A DNA stretch of 56,773 bases from a virus (IMGVR_UViG_3300025128_000043:1-56773); one strand, 5' to 3'. Shown: positions 35,681 through 45,283, counted from the stretch's first letter. Notes: generated by a model from the letters alone, not told the origin. Program-made: numbers and translations.

Positions 35681-38176
35681 CTAAGAGGGTTTTCCTTCTG
35701 AATTTTTATCACTCATCAGGTCTTTTGCAATTTCCTTGCCTAATTTAGCACCTTCTATCTGCTCTTTACTAGCAATTCTTTTCGATTCAAGTTGCTCCCT
35801 GCTATTGTCTTCTGCAATTCTGGCCCCCAACTTAGCCTCTTCCAATCGCTGCTGCTGAGACAACTTCTCTCTTTCAAGCGCCGATTTGTCCATTGCTTTT
35901 TGCAAATCAAGCTGAATCTTAGCCATGTCTGACTGCGCTTTAGCCTGAGCCTGCTGTTGTTTAAGCTGCAATTCTTGCTGTTGCATTTGAATGATCGGGT
36001 CTTCTGCCTGCTCCATCTGCTCCCGCATCTGCGCTTCTCTCTGGTCTTTGCCAGTAAGTTGCGCGGCTGCTGGCGCAACCAGCCTTGAAAGCCTAAGTTC
36101 GATGTCCTCTGGCAGCTTCTCGTCAGGACCAGGTAACGGAACACCCAACTCTTCTTCGATTTTTCTTCTGTAAGCAAACGCAACGTGTTCTGAGATGTGC
36201 GCTGCCATTGCAGCTTCTGCTGCCTGCGCGGTAGGACTCTGAGACATGATTTCCATAATCTTAGGGTCTTGAATGAGAGCCGTATGGGTTTGGATGTGCG
36301 CTTCGTGATCCTGATAAATGAACGCTTTAACTGGTTCACCGTTAATAATATTCATATTTTCTGTCACCGGATCAGCAATATCCACTTCATCTTCAAGCGG
36401 TACAATCTTTTCTGCGTCCCGAATACCCAGAACTTCCAACATCTGACGGTGCAATAACGGCATGTCGTACATTTGAGGTGCTTGTACCGCTAACTGCAAC
36501 GCTGCCTGATACTGCATAATGCGTTGCGCCATCGTGCCTGCATTGGGATCACTAACTGGAATAATGTCCACGCGATCATCAAAGTCTTCGGGCAATAATT
36601 CACCGCCTGGAACCGCATAAGGATACTCGGTGGGGCCAAAATCTCGCACAATGCCTGAAAGAATCCGTAATTCTTTCTTCATAGACGCATGAAGCCTTGC
36701 CTGAACCGCGCTCATCACCTTCATAGAGCGTTCTAAAATGGCTAAAGTCGTACCAACTGGCGCTTCAGCGTTCATATCCGCTGCTTTTACATCCCCCGCA
36801 GAGGCAAATCGCCTGCCTTCGGTAACAATATCGCCTAATAGCTGATAAAGGACGTTGGATGGCTCTTTATAGGGCAAAAAGGTGATGTTATCGCGGATTG
36901 CGCCACCAGGTACGTCCACATCCCTAAACTCACCAGGCATAATCGGCGTATCATCGCCTTTAATGCGTAATCCACGGGATTTTAAGCCACCAGGCAGGTT
37001 GGAAAGCGTTCCTGCGTCCACTAATTGCCGTAAAACACTGGTTGCAGACTTCGCCAATCCACCAATCATGTGAATTAAGCCAAATCCGTAGAATCCAATG
37101 CCAGGTAAATACTGATAATGAACAAAATGCTCCCGTTTCATTCTCATCGGGTCGTTTTCATACCAGTTTCTGCGTATTGAAAGTATCTGGCGGGAAGATT
37201 TGTCGATGCTTACGACATAAGGCAAAGCTATTCCAGTAGGCTCACCATTTTCTTTGTCTTCAAACCCAACCAAATCCATCTCTGCCTGTACTTCGAGAAT
37301 GGTGTGACGGTTATCGAACTCATAATTGGCCGAACCGCCTGTTAACTGGTTATATTTACGCTCTATTTCGCCCGTATCAGGGCTAGGATCAGGTAAATCA
37401 ATGTCACTATAAAATCCTGAGACCTGTAATTTGCGTACCTCGTTGCTGGTACGCTTCATAATATGAGTAGCACGTTCACAAGTGACCAGATCAGAGGCTC
37501 CGTAGCTCACTACAAAGTCTTCCGCAGGCACAAACATCGAACAAGGCCGACCCATATTCGGGTCGTAGTACACTTTTCTAAAGGCAGAACCCGCTAAAGG
37601 CAAAGAAAACAGCATCTTTTCTGTTTCTGAGCGATATTCGGTCATCTTTTCCGTAATGAGATAGTTCAGGTAGTCCCGAACCCGCTCTGACTGCTGTGCT
37701 TTTTCGTCAGTAATCTGTCCGACCACTGAAGTCTTTACTGGCCCAGCCGCAGGAAATATCTCCTGAATGGATTGAGCCTGAAAGCGGATTACCGCTTCTG
37801 TCAAGACCGGATGAAATACTCCGCAAGCCCCGTCCCAAGGCTGCGTCCGGTCTTCGTTCTTGAGTCCCAGAAGATCAAGTCCGTTAATATAAGTGTCTTC
37901 CCAATCAGATCGGGAATCTCTGTCAGCCTCAAACGCCCCTATAAGCTCGGAAGCAATTTGAGTTAAGTCATCGTCTTCAATCAGATCAGCCAGATTCGCG
38001 TTATGCTCCTCACCTCCGATCATATCCCCATCGGGATCGAAGTCTATGAGTACACCGCCATCGGGCGTATCTATTGAAACAGCCTCTGGATTGACAATGC
38101 CAATCTCTAAGTCAGCTTCATCTTCTTGAGGCCAATTATTAAAAGGATTAAGCCCCATTGGGCGCTCTATCGCCAT
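35681..38176 (-). CDS. Portal protein
   Basis: 831 aa; GSAFRKVYYD, GFYGFGLIH, LRQLVDAGTLSNLPGG; C-terminal coiled coil. Confidence 0.88.
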   Translation of the reverse strand: MAIERPMGLNPFNNWPQEDEADLEIGIVNPEAVSIDTPDGGVLIDFDPDGDMIGGEEHNANLADLIEDDDLTQIASELIGAFEADRDSRSDWEDTYINGLDLLGLKNEDRTQPWDGACGVFHPVLTEAVIRFQAQSIQEIFPAAGPVKTSVVGQITDEKAQQSERVRDYLNYLITEKMTEYRSETEKMLFSLPLAGSAFRKVYYDPNMGRPCSMFVPAEDFVVSYGASDLVTCERATHIMKRTSNEVRKLQVSGFYSDIDLPDPSPDTGEIERKYNQLTGGSANYEFDNRHTILEVQAEMDLVGFEDKENGEPTGIALPYVVSIDKSSRQILSIRRNWYENDPMRMKREHFVHYQYLPGIGFYGFGLIHMIGGLAKSATSVLRQLVDAGTLSNLPGGLKSRGLRIKGDDTPIMPGEFRDVDVPGGAIRDNITFLPYKEPSNVLYQLLGDIVTEGRRFASAGDVKAADMNAEAPVGTTLAILERSMKVMSAVQARLHASMKKELRILSGIVRDFGPTEYPYAVPGGELLPEDFDDRVDIIPVSDPNAGTMAQRIMQYQAALQLAVQAPQMYDMPLLHRQMLEVLGIRDAEKIVPLEDEVDIADPVTENMNIINGEPVKAFIYQDHEAHIQTHTALIQDPKIMEIMSQSPTAQAAEAAMAAHISEHVAFAYRRKIEEELGVPLPGPDEKLPEDIELRLSRLVAPAAAQLTGKDQREAQMREQMEQAEDPIIQMQQQELQLKQQQAQAKAQSDMAKIQLDLQKAMDKSALEREKLSQQQRLEEAKLGARIAEDNSREQLESKRIASKEQIEGAKLGKEIAKDLMSDKNSEGKPS

Positions 38177-38353
38177 TTATCCGTTTTTCCTGAAAATCTG
38201 AGGTCGGGCAGCGCCACTACCACGGGCCACTGTGCCACCACCTTTCATCTTTTTAACCTCGCCGCCCTTATCGTACTCAACCTTGCCGCCTTTCTCGTAC
38301 TGCATATCGGCTCTGCCTGGTTTCTTCTTCTTGCTGTCGTAATAGCTAGGCAT
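38177..38353 (-). CDS. 58-aa basic protein with xxGGxV repeats (not in ORF track)
   Basis: Hand-translated MPSYYDSKKKKPGRADMQYEKGGKVEYDKGGEVKKMKGGGTVARGSGAARPQIFRKNG. Confidence 0.72.
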   Translation of the reverse strand: MPSYYDSKKKKPGRADMQYEKGGKVEYDKGGEVKKMKGGGTVARGSGAARPQIFRKNG

Positions 38354-39074
38354 TACTTTCTCCCTCTTGATAAAACTTTTTTTCCCATTCTTTATGCCTC
38401 TTTACAGGCTCTCTGAAGTAAGGAATAAATCGCGCCGCTTTCAATATAATCCAGTTTATCCAATTCCACGGTACAGGCAAGGGGCGCATGTAGTCAATAA
38501 ATAATACCACTCGATTGTTATTGCTTAAATTTACCGCAAAATGCTCATAGGTGTCATCAAAAACTACCGCTTCCCCGTCTTTCCAGCGATATTCTTTCTT
38601 GTTACAGACCAAAATAGATTCCCCGTCAGTTGGAATCATCATCCCCAAATGAATACGGATAAGGCCACACCACGGGCCTTCATGGGGCATCAGCATCTTA
38701 TTAGGGCCAATGACCGAAAAATACGCTGAGACAATATTTTTATCGCTATCAAGTATTTCCATTGTCTTTGGAGCCTGTTGACAGTTTCTGTCAAAGCGAT
38801 AAGTGCCTGCTTTGAGAAAAAACATTTTCCATTTGTCGTCATTGGAAATGTATATCTGGTCAGGGCTGATGTCCTGAAAAGGTGCAAAATCAGCCACACG
38901 TTCCATCAGGGGTTTAAGCTCAGAAAGAATGACCTCGTAGTTATCCTCCAGAGACTTAGTAACGGGAAAGTCTTTTTTATCAAAAAAATCATTGTCCCCT
39001 ACCAGCGATTTACGCCTGAAGACAGGTCTGAAGATCTTTTCCATAGACCATTCATTAACAATCACATCAGCCAT
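38346..39074 (-). CDS. Aspartyl/asparaginyl beta-hydroxylase family (LpxO-like) 2OG dioxygenase
   Basis: WKMFFL, AYFSVIGP..PHEGP..RIHLG, W.DGE..FDDTYEH, RVVLFIDY.RP. Confidence 0.88.
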   Translation of the reverse strand: MADVIVNEWSMEKIFRPVFRRKSLVGDNDFFDKKDFPVTKSLEDNYEVILSELKPLMERVADFAPFQDISPDQIYISNDDKWKMFFLKAGTYRFDRNCQQAPKTMEILDSDKNIVSAYFSVIGPNKMLMPHEGPWCGLIRIHLGMMIPTDGESILVCNKKEYRWKDGEAVVFDDTYEHFAVNLSNNNRVVLFIDYMRPLPVPWNWINWIILKAARFIPYFREPVKRHKEWEKKFYQEGESNA

Positions 39075-40579
39075 CAGTAATACGCCGCTTTTTTCCGATA
39101 CATGGGTTCGTCTTCCTCATCGGTATCAAGTCGTAAAAACCCACCCTGCCTGAATCGCAGTAACGCCTGTGTACTGCTGTCCACCAGATCGTCATGCTCT
39201 CCCACAGGAAATGAGGCAAATTCCTCAATAACCATCTCTGCAAAACGGGTTTCAGGACACCATACCACGCCGGACGCAAACAAATCTGCCACGGCATTAA
39301 CACGGGCCACTTTGTCATTGCCTCTCGATGGTGTGTACTCAGAAACAGGCATTCCCATAGCCCTTAACTCAAAAACCAGCGGGGTTCCCGCAGCCTTGGC
39401 CTCAACAATACAGGCATCTGGCTCCCAGTTATTATAAAACTCCATCGCTGTTTTCTTCAGTTCAGGGAACTCTAAGCGTTCTTTGTAGGCATCCAGAAGA
39501 ATAATATTAGGCCGTGTCTGCCCATCGTCATCGGGCTGGTAGAATACGCCCCAAGTCGTACAGGCAGAGAAGTCAGCCCTTCGGGTTTTAAGAAAAGCGG
39601 TATCCCATGACTGAATAATAAACTCACAGGGCGGTGGCCTGTCGCGCTCCCAGCGTTTCCACCATTCCCGCTTGACCAGTGCGCCTTCCTCAGAGGTAGG
39701 GCTTTGCTGGTATTGGGCTTCCCACTTAGGGGCAGGCAGTTCGTTTTTAAGCGCCAGTAACTCGTCCTGACTCCAAAAGCCAGGCCAAAGAGAGTTTCCT
39801 GAAGGCATCAGGGCTGGAAACTCAATCAGTTCCCAATCATCCACGCCTTCTCTCTGGGTTGAGGATTTAATGATCTTTCCGGTCAGGTCTCGCTTATGCC
39901 ATCGGGTCATAACGATAATGATGGCTCCGCCTGGCTGTAATCTCTGCCGTGGGCCAGAGGTATACCATTCATAGGTTTTATCAAACACAGCCGCATCAAT
40001 GCTTTGTCCGTCCTGTTCAGAATGAGGATCATCAATAATCAGTAAGTCAGCACCTTTACCCGTCACCGCACCGCCTACACCAATAGCGAAGTATTCCCCG
40101 CCCTGATTGGTGCTCCAGCGTCCGGCTGCTTTAGAGTCTGCCCTGAGTGCCAGTTCAGGAAAGATTTCCTTAAAATCATCAGAATCCACCAGATTCCTGA
40201 CCTTACGCCCGAAACCCACGGACAGTTCTGCTGTGTGCGATGTTTGAATCACTTTCTTTTCAGGGCTTTGTCCTAAAAACCAGGCGGGTAAAAGATAAGA
40301 AGCAAACTCTGATTTGGTGTGTCTCGGTGGCATATTGATAATCAGGCGCTTGAGATCACCTTTAATGACACGCTCAAAAGCCTCGGCAATAACCTTGTGA
40401 TGTCGGCCTTCAATAAAAGCAGGCCAGACATACTTGGTAAATCCTAAAAAGGTTTCTCTGGCAATCTCTTTTTTCTTGGCTTCTTCTAAATCTTCCAGTA
40501 ATTCCAGAACTTCTCGCTGATCTTCAACGGGTAGATTCTTTACTTGGCTCAGGGCTTTCAGGTCAATTCCGTCCAGCAT
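39074..40579 (-). CDS. terL: Terminase large subunit
   Basis: INMPPRHTKSE (Walker A), IIDDPH (Walker B), MTRWH, SWDTA, HDDLVDSSTQAL. Confidence 0.95.
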   Translation of the reverse strand: MLDGIDLKALSQVKNLPVEDQREVLELLEDLEEAKKKEIARETFLGFTKYVWPAFIEGRHHKVIAEAFERVIKGDLKRLIINMPPRHTKSEFASYLLPAWFLGQSPEKKVIQTSHTAELSVGFGRKVRNLVDSDDFKEIFPELALRADSKAAGRWSTNQGGEYFAIGVGGAVTGKGADLLIIDDPHSEQDGQSIDAAVFDKTYEWYTSGPRQRLQPGGAIIIVMTRWHKRDLTGKIIKSSTQREGVDDWELIEFPALMPSGNSLWPGFWSQDELLALKNELPAPKWEAQYQQSPTSEEGALVKREWWKRWERDRPPPCEFIIQSWDTAFLKTRRADFSACTTWGVFYQPDDDGQTRPNIILLDAYKERLEFPELKKTAMEFYNNWEPDACIVEAKAAGTPLVFELRAMGMPVSEYTPSRGNDKVARVNAVADLFASGVVWCPETRFAEMVIEEFASFPVGEHDDLVDSSTQALLRFRQGGFLRLDTDEEDEPMYRKKAAYY

Positions 40580-40582
40580 AAA

Positions 40583-40894
40583 TTAATTCTCCTGAGATTC
40601 CGTTTCTGTAATGTTATACAGATTAGTGCGTATCGCCGGATAGATTGTTTTCTGGCTGGGAACGGTTCCCACTAAACTTATATTTTTAGACATTTTGCCA
40701 TTCAATCGGGAATTGATGGACTTGACGAGCTTTTCCAAATAAACCTCTACTTCCGGCTGTTCTCCGGCGATCATACCCCGAACCGCTGAATGCTTTGATA
40801 TTTCACAGGATATTTCATATTGCCACCATTTCCCATCCACTGCGTCTTTTGGTGGTTTTGCTCTTCTTAAAAAATCAAGCGAGTAAAGCTGCAT
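40583..40894 (-). CDS. Hypothetical protein
   Basis: ORF fills the gap; start reassigned to MQLYS. Confidence 0.5.
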   Translation of the reverse strand: MQLYSLDFLRRAKPPKDAVDGKWWQYEISCEISKHSAVRGMIAGEQPEVEVYLEKLVKSINSRLNGKMSKNISLVGTVPSQKTIYPAIRTNLYNITETESQEN

Positions 40895-41294
40895 CCACCC
40901 TTTCCCTGTTGGCGAGATGCTCTTTGGCAATATCCTCTTTAGATTGTCCATGATACGGAACCGCATGACTTTCCTGGCACATCAGGTCATTGGCACAAAT
41001 CCCGTCTTTATTGATGATTTTGCCTAAAATACGCCCGAATTTACCCCTGCCACTGCCCTTGGCGGTCTCCAAAGTGATTTGGTAGTCTTCGGCTTCGATG
41101 AAATCCACTAAGAATTTCTTCGCCAGAAGGCCGTATTTCTTCTCAACCTTATCTCTGGTACGGGATTCAGGGGTATCAATCCCATAAAGCCGAATGCGTT
41201 GCTTGGCTAAAATCACCTTAAAGCCAAGGTCTATATCACAATCAACGGTATCGCCATCAATGATTCGAGTGATTGTGGCTTTGTACTGGTACAT
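40875..41294 (-). CDS. Thermonuclease (SNase-like)
   Basis: RIIDGDT..RIRLYGIDTPE..GKFGRILG. Confidence 0.92.
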   Translation of the reverse strand: MYQYKATITRIIDGDTVDCDIDLGFKVILAKQRIRLYGIDTPESRTRDKVEKKYGLLAKKFLVDFIEAEDYQITLETAKGSGRGKFGRILGKIINKDGICANDLMCQESHAVPYHGQSKEDIAKEHLANRERVDAALLA

Positions 41295-41461
41295 CAGTCA
41301 GATTCCCCGAACCGCTTCTTCTGTTCCCTGAATTCTTTATCAGACTTCCATATGTCGTATCCTGGATGATCGGGAGCAGGATCGGGCCTGTCGCTTAAAT
41401 CCATCGCCAGAAATTCTTTTGCCGATAGACATACGATTTCGACAGGTTTTTTGTAAGCCAT
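41294..41461 (-). CDS. 55-aa hypothetical protein (not in ORF track)
   Basis: Hand-translated MAYKKPVEIVCLSAKEF...GESD; fills the gap exactly with TGATG overlap. Confidence 0.55.
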   Translation of the reverse strand: MAYKKPVEIVCLSAKEFLAMDLSDRPDPAPDHPGYDIWKSDKEFREQKKRFGESD

Positions 41462-41692
41462 CTAAAACATTCCAGTCAGCACCTGAACAACGACTGCCGC
41501 CACGACCAACCACGCGAGCTTCTCCCACCGTGCTGAATGACTGGAAGTGAGTTCCTTTAGGTGTCTTATCTCTGTGATTGCCTCAGACCAACGCTCACCG
41601 CATTCTTTTTCATGCGCCTCTATGCGTTTTAAGGATTCTAAGGCTATGTCCATTGCTTTCTTATCCACCACTGATTGCTTATGTTTATTCAA
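41462..41692 (-). CDS. Small coiled-coil protein with C-terminal TM
   Basis: IEAHEKECGERW and hydrophobic C-terminus. Confidence 0.7.
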   Translation of the reverse strand: MNKHKQSVVDKKAMDIALESLKRIEAHEKECGERWSEAITEIRHLKELTSSHSARWEKLAWLVVAAVVVQVLTGMF

Positions 41693-42216
41693 TGCACGGG
41701 TTCTTCCGAGCCACTATACACAGAAAGTTGTTCTTCTTCCTTATCTTCCTCAATAATGCCTTCTTCTGCTAAAGCCGCCAGCTTGGATTCTAAAAGACCT
41801 TCTATTTCTGAGGCGGATCGTTCTTTAGTTTCAATGGAAATGTCGGTACGCATCATCCCACTAACACGGGCAAGCAGTTCTGCACTGCGTAACTGGCTGG
41901 AAGAGGCTTCTATATCGCCATCTATCCAGGTTCTTAGTTTATCAAGAACCCGCTGCGTATCACTTAAAACCAGTAATTCCTGTTTTTTCTGTATTTTTTT
42001 CTCCGCTTTGGCAATGCCTGCACGTTCTATCTCAATGAGTTCCATCACCGTATCACTCGCCATCAACCGACAAGCCTCAACATGCTGGGCATTTCTGGGG
42101 AATAACTCTTTGTATCCCGCCAGGGTATAAGCATCAGTGGCTGTTACCGGATTGTTATCCTCATCACAGCCATTAGCAATCAGTTTAGCAAAACGCTTTT
42201 GCTTCTCTGTCGCCAT
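41689..42216 (-). CDS. terS: Terminase small subunit
   Basis: TEKQKRFA..DAY.LAGY HTH; LRSAELLARVSGM; first late gene. Confidence 0.75.
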   Translation of the reverse strand: MATEKQKRFAKLIANGCDEDNNPVTATDAYTLAGYKELFPRNAQHVEACRLMASDTVMELIEIERAGIAKAEKKIQKKQELLVLSDTQRVLDKLRTWIDGDIEASSSQLRSAELLARVSGMMRTDISIETKERSASEIEGLLESKLAALAEEGIIEEDKEEEQLSVYSGSEEPVH

Positions 42217-42587
42217 ATCGAACTCCGGTTTATTTGAAATACCGATTCTAGCTTCTAAAAGGGGGGCATGTAAATAATTCTTGTCACAGAGGGAAAATGA
42301 GGCGATGACCCAGTTTCGTGGTGTTACTCAGTTAGCCAAGAACTCCTGTAGGGGAACTGATGATTAACCAGCCGGAGTATGAGCTATTGAGCCACCGCCT
42401 CAAAAGGTCTAAGTGAGTGAGATAAAACACCAAGACCCTATAAATAAAAATAATCTTCAGCCTAAAAGCTCTTGAGATTCGATATAGGCCCAAATCCCTC
42501 CCAAGAACTTATGAACCATTCACATGGCTCAATTAACGACTCGCCTATTCAGCAGTCATGCCACTAAGACTAAAGATCAAAAATCGC

Positions 42588-42720
42588 AGGACTATTATAG
42601 TCCTATAGGTATATTCCTATAGATATATAACTTATAAAAAACTAGGAATAAACCTAGTATCTAGGACTATTCTAGCTTAGGACTGTCCTATCTAGGTGTA
42701 TTCCTATAGGGATTATACAC
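42588..42720. other. AT-rich CTAG/TATAGG repeat and palindrome region (ori- or pac-like)
   Basis: aggactat-t-atagtcct palindrome; many ctagg, cctatag and taggact units. Confidence 0.5.
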
Positions 42721-43080
42721 ACAGTAAATGCAAAGGAAGAAAAAAGCAAATTTTTATAGAAAATTTTTAAGGGCTTTGGTTTCAATTTTTTGCAAAAAAT
42801 TTAAAGGGGCTGGGACTCCCAGGGCTGTTTCTGGCAAAAAAAGGGGTCAGGATGAATAACGATTGTACAGATGTCGGGACTAAATGAGAAATTAACGATT
42901 TATTTGAGTGGATTAATATGTACAACTCTCTCGCCCCACGCACTTTTCATTAGGGGGGTCGGGGGGGCGTGATGACGCATTAGGTGATATCACTAAAAAA
43001 TAAAAAAGCGCACCCCTTATTAAATGAAAAACCCCAAAGTGGGAAAAAGAAGCTCTTGGGCTATTTCCACGACAACCAAG

Positions 43081-43093
43081 AATCAACGACTTA
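43081..43093 (+). promoter_or_regulatory. IHF consensus site
   Basis: AATCAACGACTTA matches WATCAANNNNTTR; near-match AATCAGCTACTTA at 43154. Confidence 0.5.
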
Positions 43094-43290
43094 CAGGGCA
43101 TATCTCGAAAATAGCAATGTGGGAAATAGGGGTTATATCATATTATCCTTATTAATCAGCTACTTACGTTTCTATTTAACATAATATAGATTATGCGCTC
43201 AACAAATTATTACCCGTTTTTAATGCTGAAGTGGGAAACCCCTATATATATAGGTATCCCGACAACCGAAAAAATATATTCAGAAAGTAG

Positions 43291-43319
43291 TAGACACGAC
43301 ATGCATATTAGTATAGATT
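43291..43319 (+). promoter_or_regulatory. Sigma70-type early promoter
   Basis: TAGACA-17 bp-TAGATT upstream of the first early gene. Confidence 0.6.
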
Positions 43320-43393
43320 TGCTTTCAACAGGTCAGGGTAAGCCATCTAACGGATTACCAAGGCCATAACTTAGGGATAACAAAGGGGAAAAC

Positions 43394-43756
43394 ATGGGAA
43401 ACACGATATTACAAAAAATTAAAAGCGAAAAAACAAAAGTATTAGCGGAGATGAAAAAAGATTGGGATAAAAAAGAATTTCCTTTAATTCGCTCTAATCA
43501 GTGGTGGGTAGCATATGACGCTGGGGACGAAGACATCGAGTATAGCTTTCAGGATGGGCCAGTAACATTGCGCGTCCTGATGGAAATTGTGGAGGGATTG
43601 AAATCCATCGGTATCAAAGAAGCCTCTTTCGAGACTAGGTACGACTACTTTAGAAGCGTAAGAGATTACATTGATATGGAGGATTACGAGTGCGGCGAGT
43701 ACGTCACCGTAGACATTACTCCATTGTTTCAGCGGGATCATAGCCGACTAACCTAA
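43394..43756 (+). CDS. Early hypothetical protein
   Basis: ORF with AGGGG RBS. Confidence 0.72.
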   Translation: MGNTILQKIKSEKTKVLAEMKKDWDKKEFPLIRSNQWWVAYDAGDEDIEYSFQDGPVTLRVLMEIVEGLKSIGIKEASFETRYDYFRSVRDYIDMEDYECGEYVTVDITPLFQRDHSRLT

Positions 43757-43761
43757 CCCAC

Positions 43762-43822
43762 AACTAACCAACCTTACGGGGAGCCTATGCGCTCCCCTTC
43801 TAGGTAGAAAATCACGACAACC
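43762..43822 (+). repeat. Intergenic structured repeat, copy 1
   Basis: acggggagcctatgcgctccccttctaggtagaaaat is shared exactly with copy 2. Confidence 0.9.
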
Positions 43823-43856
43823 TAAAATAAATAATCACTAATAAGAGGAACCAACA

Positions 43857-44708
43857 ATGGCTAAAAGAGACATTAAAAACGAAATAACAACCAAGATAAT
43901 AGAACTTATAGAGACACATGGAGCGGACTGGGTGAAGCCTTTCAGCTCATTGTGCGGCGCACCAGTTAATGCGCTAACTGGCAAGTCATACCGAGGCATG
44001 AATTCATTCTGGCTCGGACTACAAGGCCAGACCTATTGGGCCACCTACAAACAATGGCAGGAGTTAGGCGCTCAAGTAATCAAAGGCTCTAAGGCTTCAG
44101 GCATAGCAGTACCCATGCCGATTAAAGATAAAAAAACGGATGAAGTAAAAGGCTTATATTTTCGTGGTGCGTCCGTGTTTTCAGCCGCTCAGGTTGAAGG
44201 CTGGGAAGCTCCAACAGTAGAAACTCCAGACTTAACCGAAGTATTGGCCAATGTTGATACCTATATAAAGAATGTCGGCGCGGATGTTCGGCACAATTCA
44301 ACTGGGGGCGCGTACTACAACCCCTCTAATGACTTCATACAAATGCCGCACAGAGAGCAATTCACCGCTACCGATACCAGCACCGCGACCGAGTGCTACT
44401 ACAGCACTCTACTGCACGAACATACTCATTGGACGGGACACAAGTCCAGGCTTAACAGGTTAGAGCTAAAGAATAAACGCGGGTATGCTTTTGAGGAGCT
44501 AATCGCGGAGCTCGGAGCCTGTTTTTTATCCGTGGATCTTGGTATTTCCGTGGAAGTGAGGCCCGACCATTCAAAATATATTGCTGGCTGGCTTCAAGCT
44601 CTTACCAGTGAAGATGGTTCCGACTACATATGGAAAGCGGCGAGCGAGGCACAAAAAGCCGTGGATTACCTCAACGCGGCACAGCAAGCGGAATCAATCG
44701 CCGCATAA
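43857..44708 (+). CDS. ardC: ArdC-like antirestriction / ssDNA-binding protein
   Basis: N..TGKSYRGMN, WATYKQWQELGAQV.KG, AYYNP..D.IQMP, LLHEHTHWTGH.SRLNR, YAFEELIAELGA. Confidence 0.92.
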   Translation: MAKRDIKNEITTKIIELIETHGADWVKPFSSLCGAPVNALTGKSYRGMNSFWLGLQGQTYWATYKQWQELGAQVIKGSKASGIAVPMPIKDKKTDEVKGLYFRGASVFSAAQVEGWEAPTVETPDLTEVLANVDTYIKNVGADVRHNSTGGAYYNPSNDFIQMPHREQFTATDTSTATECYYSTLLHEHTHWTGHKSRLNRLELKNKRGYAFEELIAELGACFLSVDLGISVEVRPDHSKYIAGWLQALTSEDGSDYIWKAASEAQKAVDYLNAAQQAESIAA

Positions 44709-44722
44709 CTTAAACCACACCC

Positions 44723-44776
44723 AACTGCTAACGGCTCGCTACATGCGGGCCTGAGGCAGTAGAGGAACACGACAAT
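44723..44776 (+). repeat. Diverged structural variant of the intergenic element
   Basis: actgc-taac-ggctcgc-tacat-gcgggcc-tgag-gcagt then aga..acgacaa; same architecture. Confidence 0.6.
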
Positions 44777-44839
44777 TAGAGGAACTAACACAATGCAATA
44801 TTTATGTAGTAGTAGCTTAATAAAAGGGAGTAATTAAAA

Positions 44840-45193
44840 ATGAAAAAGTACAACGAAAAACCCTACCCGTGTGTTTTCTGTGAACATCCAACAGAATTTG
44901 GTTCGGGGAGATTTGTCAATCGAATAGCTGCCGGAACTTGGCATGAATTTGACGATGGAACCGAAGAATATCGAGACGGCTACGCTTGCGCGGAGTGCAT
45001 GGCCCCAGAGTGCGACCGATGCGGGAAGAGCATTCCACTGGATGAGGATATTCAGCCCGCTTTAGTATATCACGAGAACGACTCTCGACACTTCGACCTT
45101 TTTGAAGATGGCGCTTTTCGAGTGCATGAAACTTGTTTGACTGCCGAAGAGTCAGCGCATTATTTACATGGAGAAATAACTGATGCTGTATAA
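44840..45193 (+). CDS. Cys-rich (Zn-binding) early protein
   Basis: CxxC motifs CVFC, CAEC, CDRC and HETC. Confidence 0.75.
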   Translation: MKKYNEKPYPCVFCEHPTEFGSGRFVNRIAAGTWHEFDDGTEEYRDGYACAECMAPECDRCGKSIPLDEDIQPALVYHENDSRHFDLFEDGAFRVHETCLTAEESAHYLHGEITDAV

Positions 45194-45206
45194 CTAATAC
45201 AGCAAT

Positions 45207-45267
45207 AACTAACCAGCCTAACGGGGAGCCTATGCGCTCCCCTTCTAGGTAGAAAATACCGACAACC
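45207..45267 (+). repeat. Intergenic structured repeat, copy 2
   Basis: Near-identical to 43762-43822. Confidence 0.9.
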
Positions 45268-45283
45268 AAGAGGAACCGACAAC

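Noticed and set aside
42298-42402. Hammerhead ribozyme
   Set aside because: CTGATGA and CGAAAC lie on opposite strands; no complete core with stem II on either
42913-43184. Short ORFs in the large intergenic region
   Set aside because: No RBS, low-complexity composition, overlap regulatory-looking motifs
43762-45267. CRISPR mini-array or intrinsic terminators
   Set aside because: Copies are separated by whole genes, no cas operon is present, and no U tracts follow the hairpins
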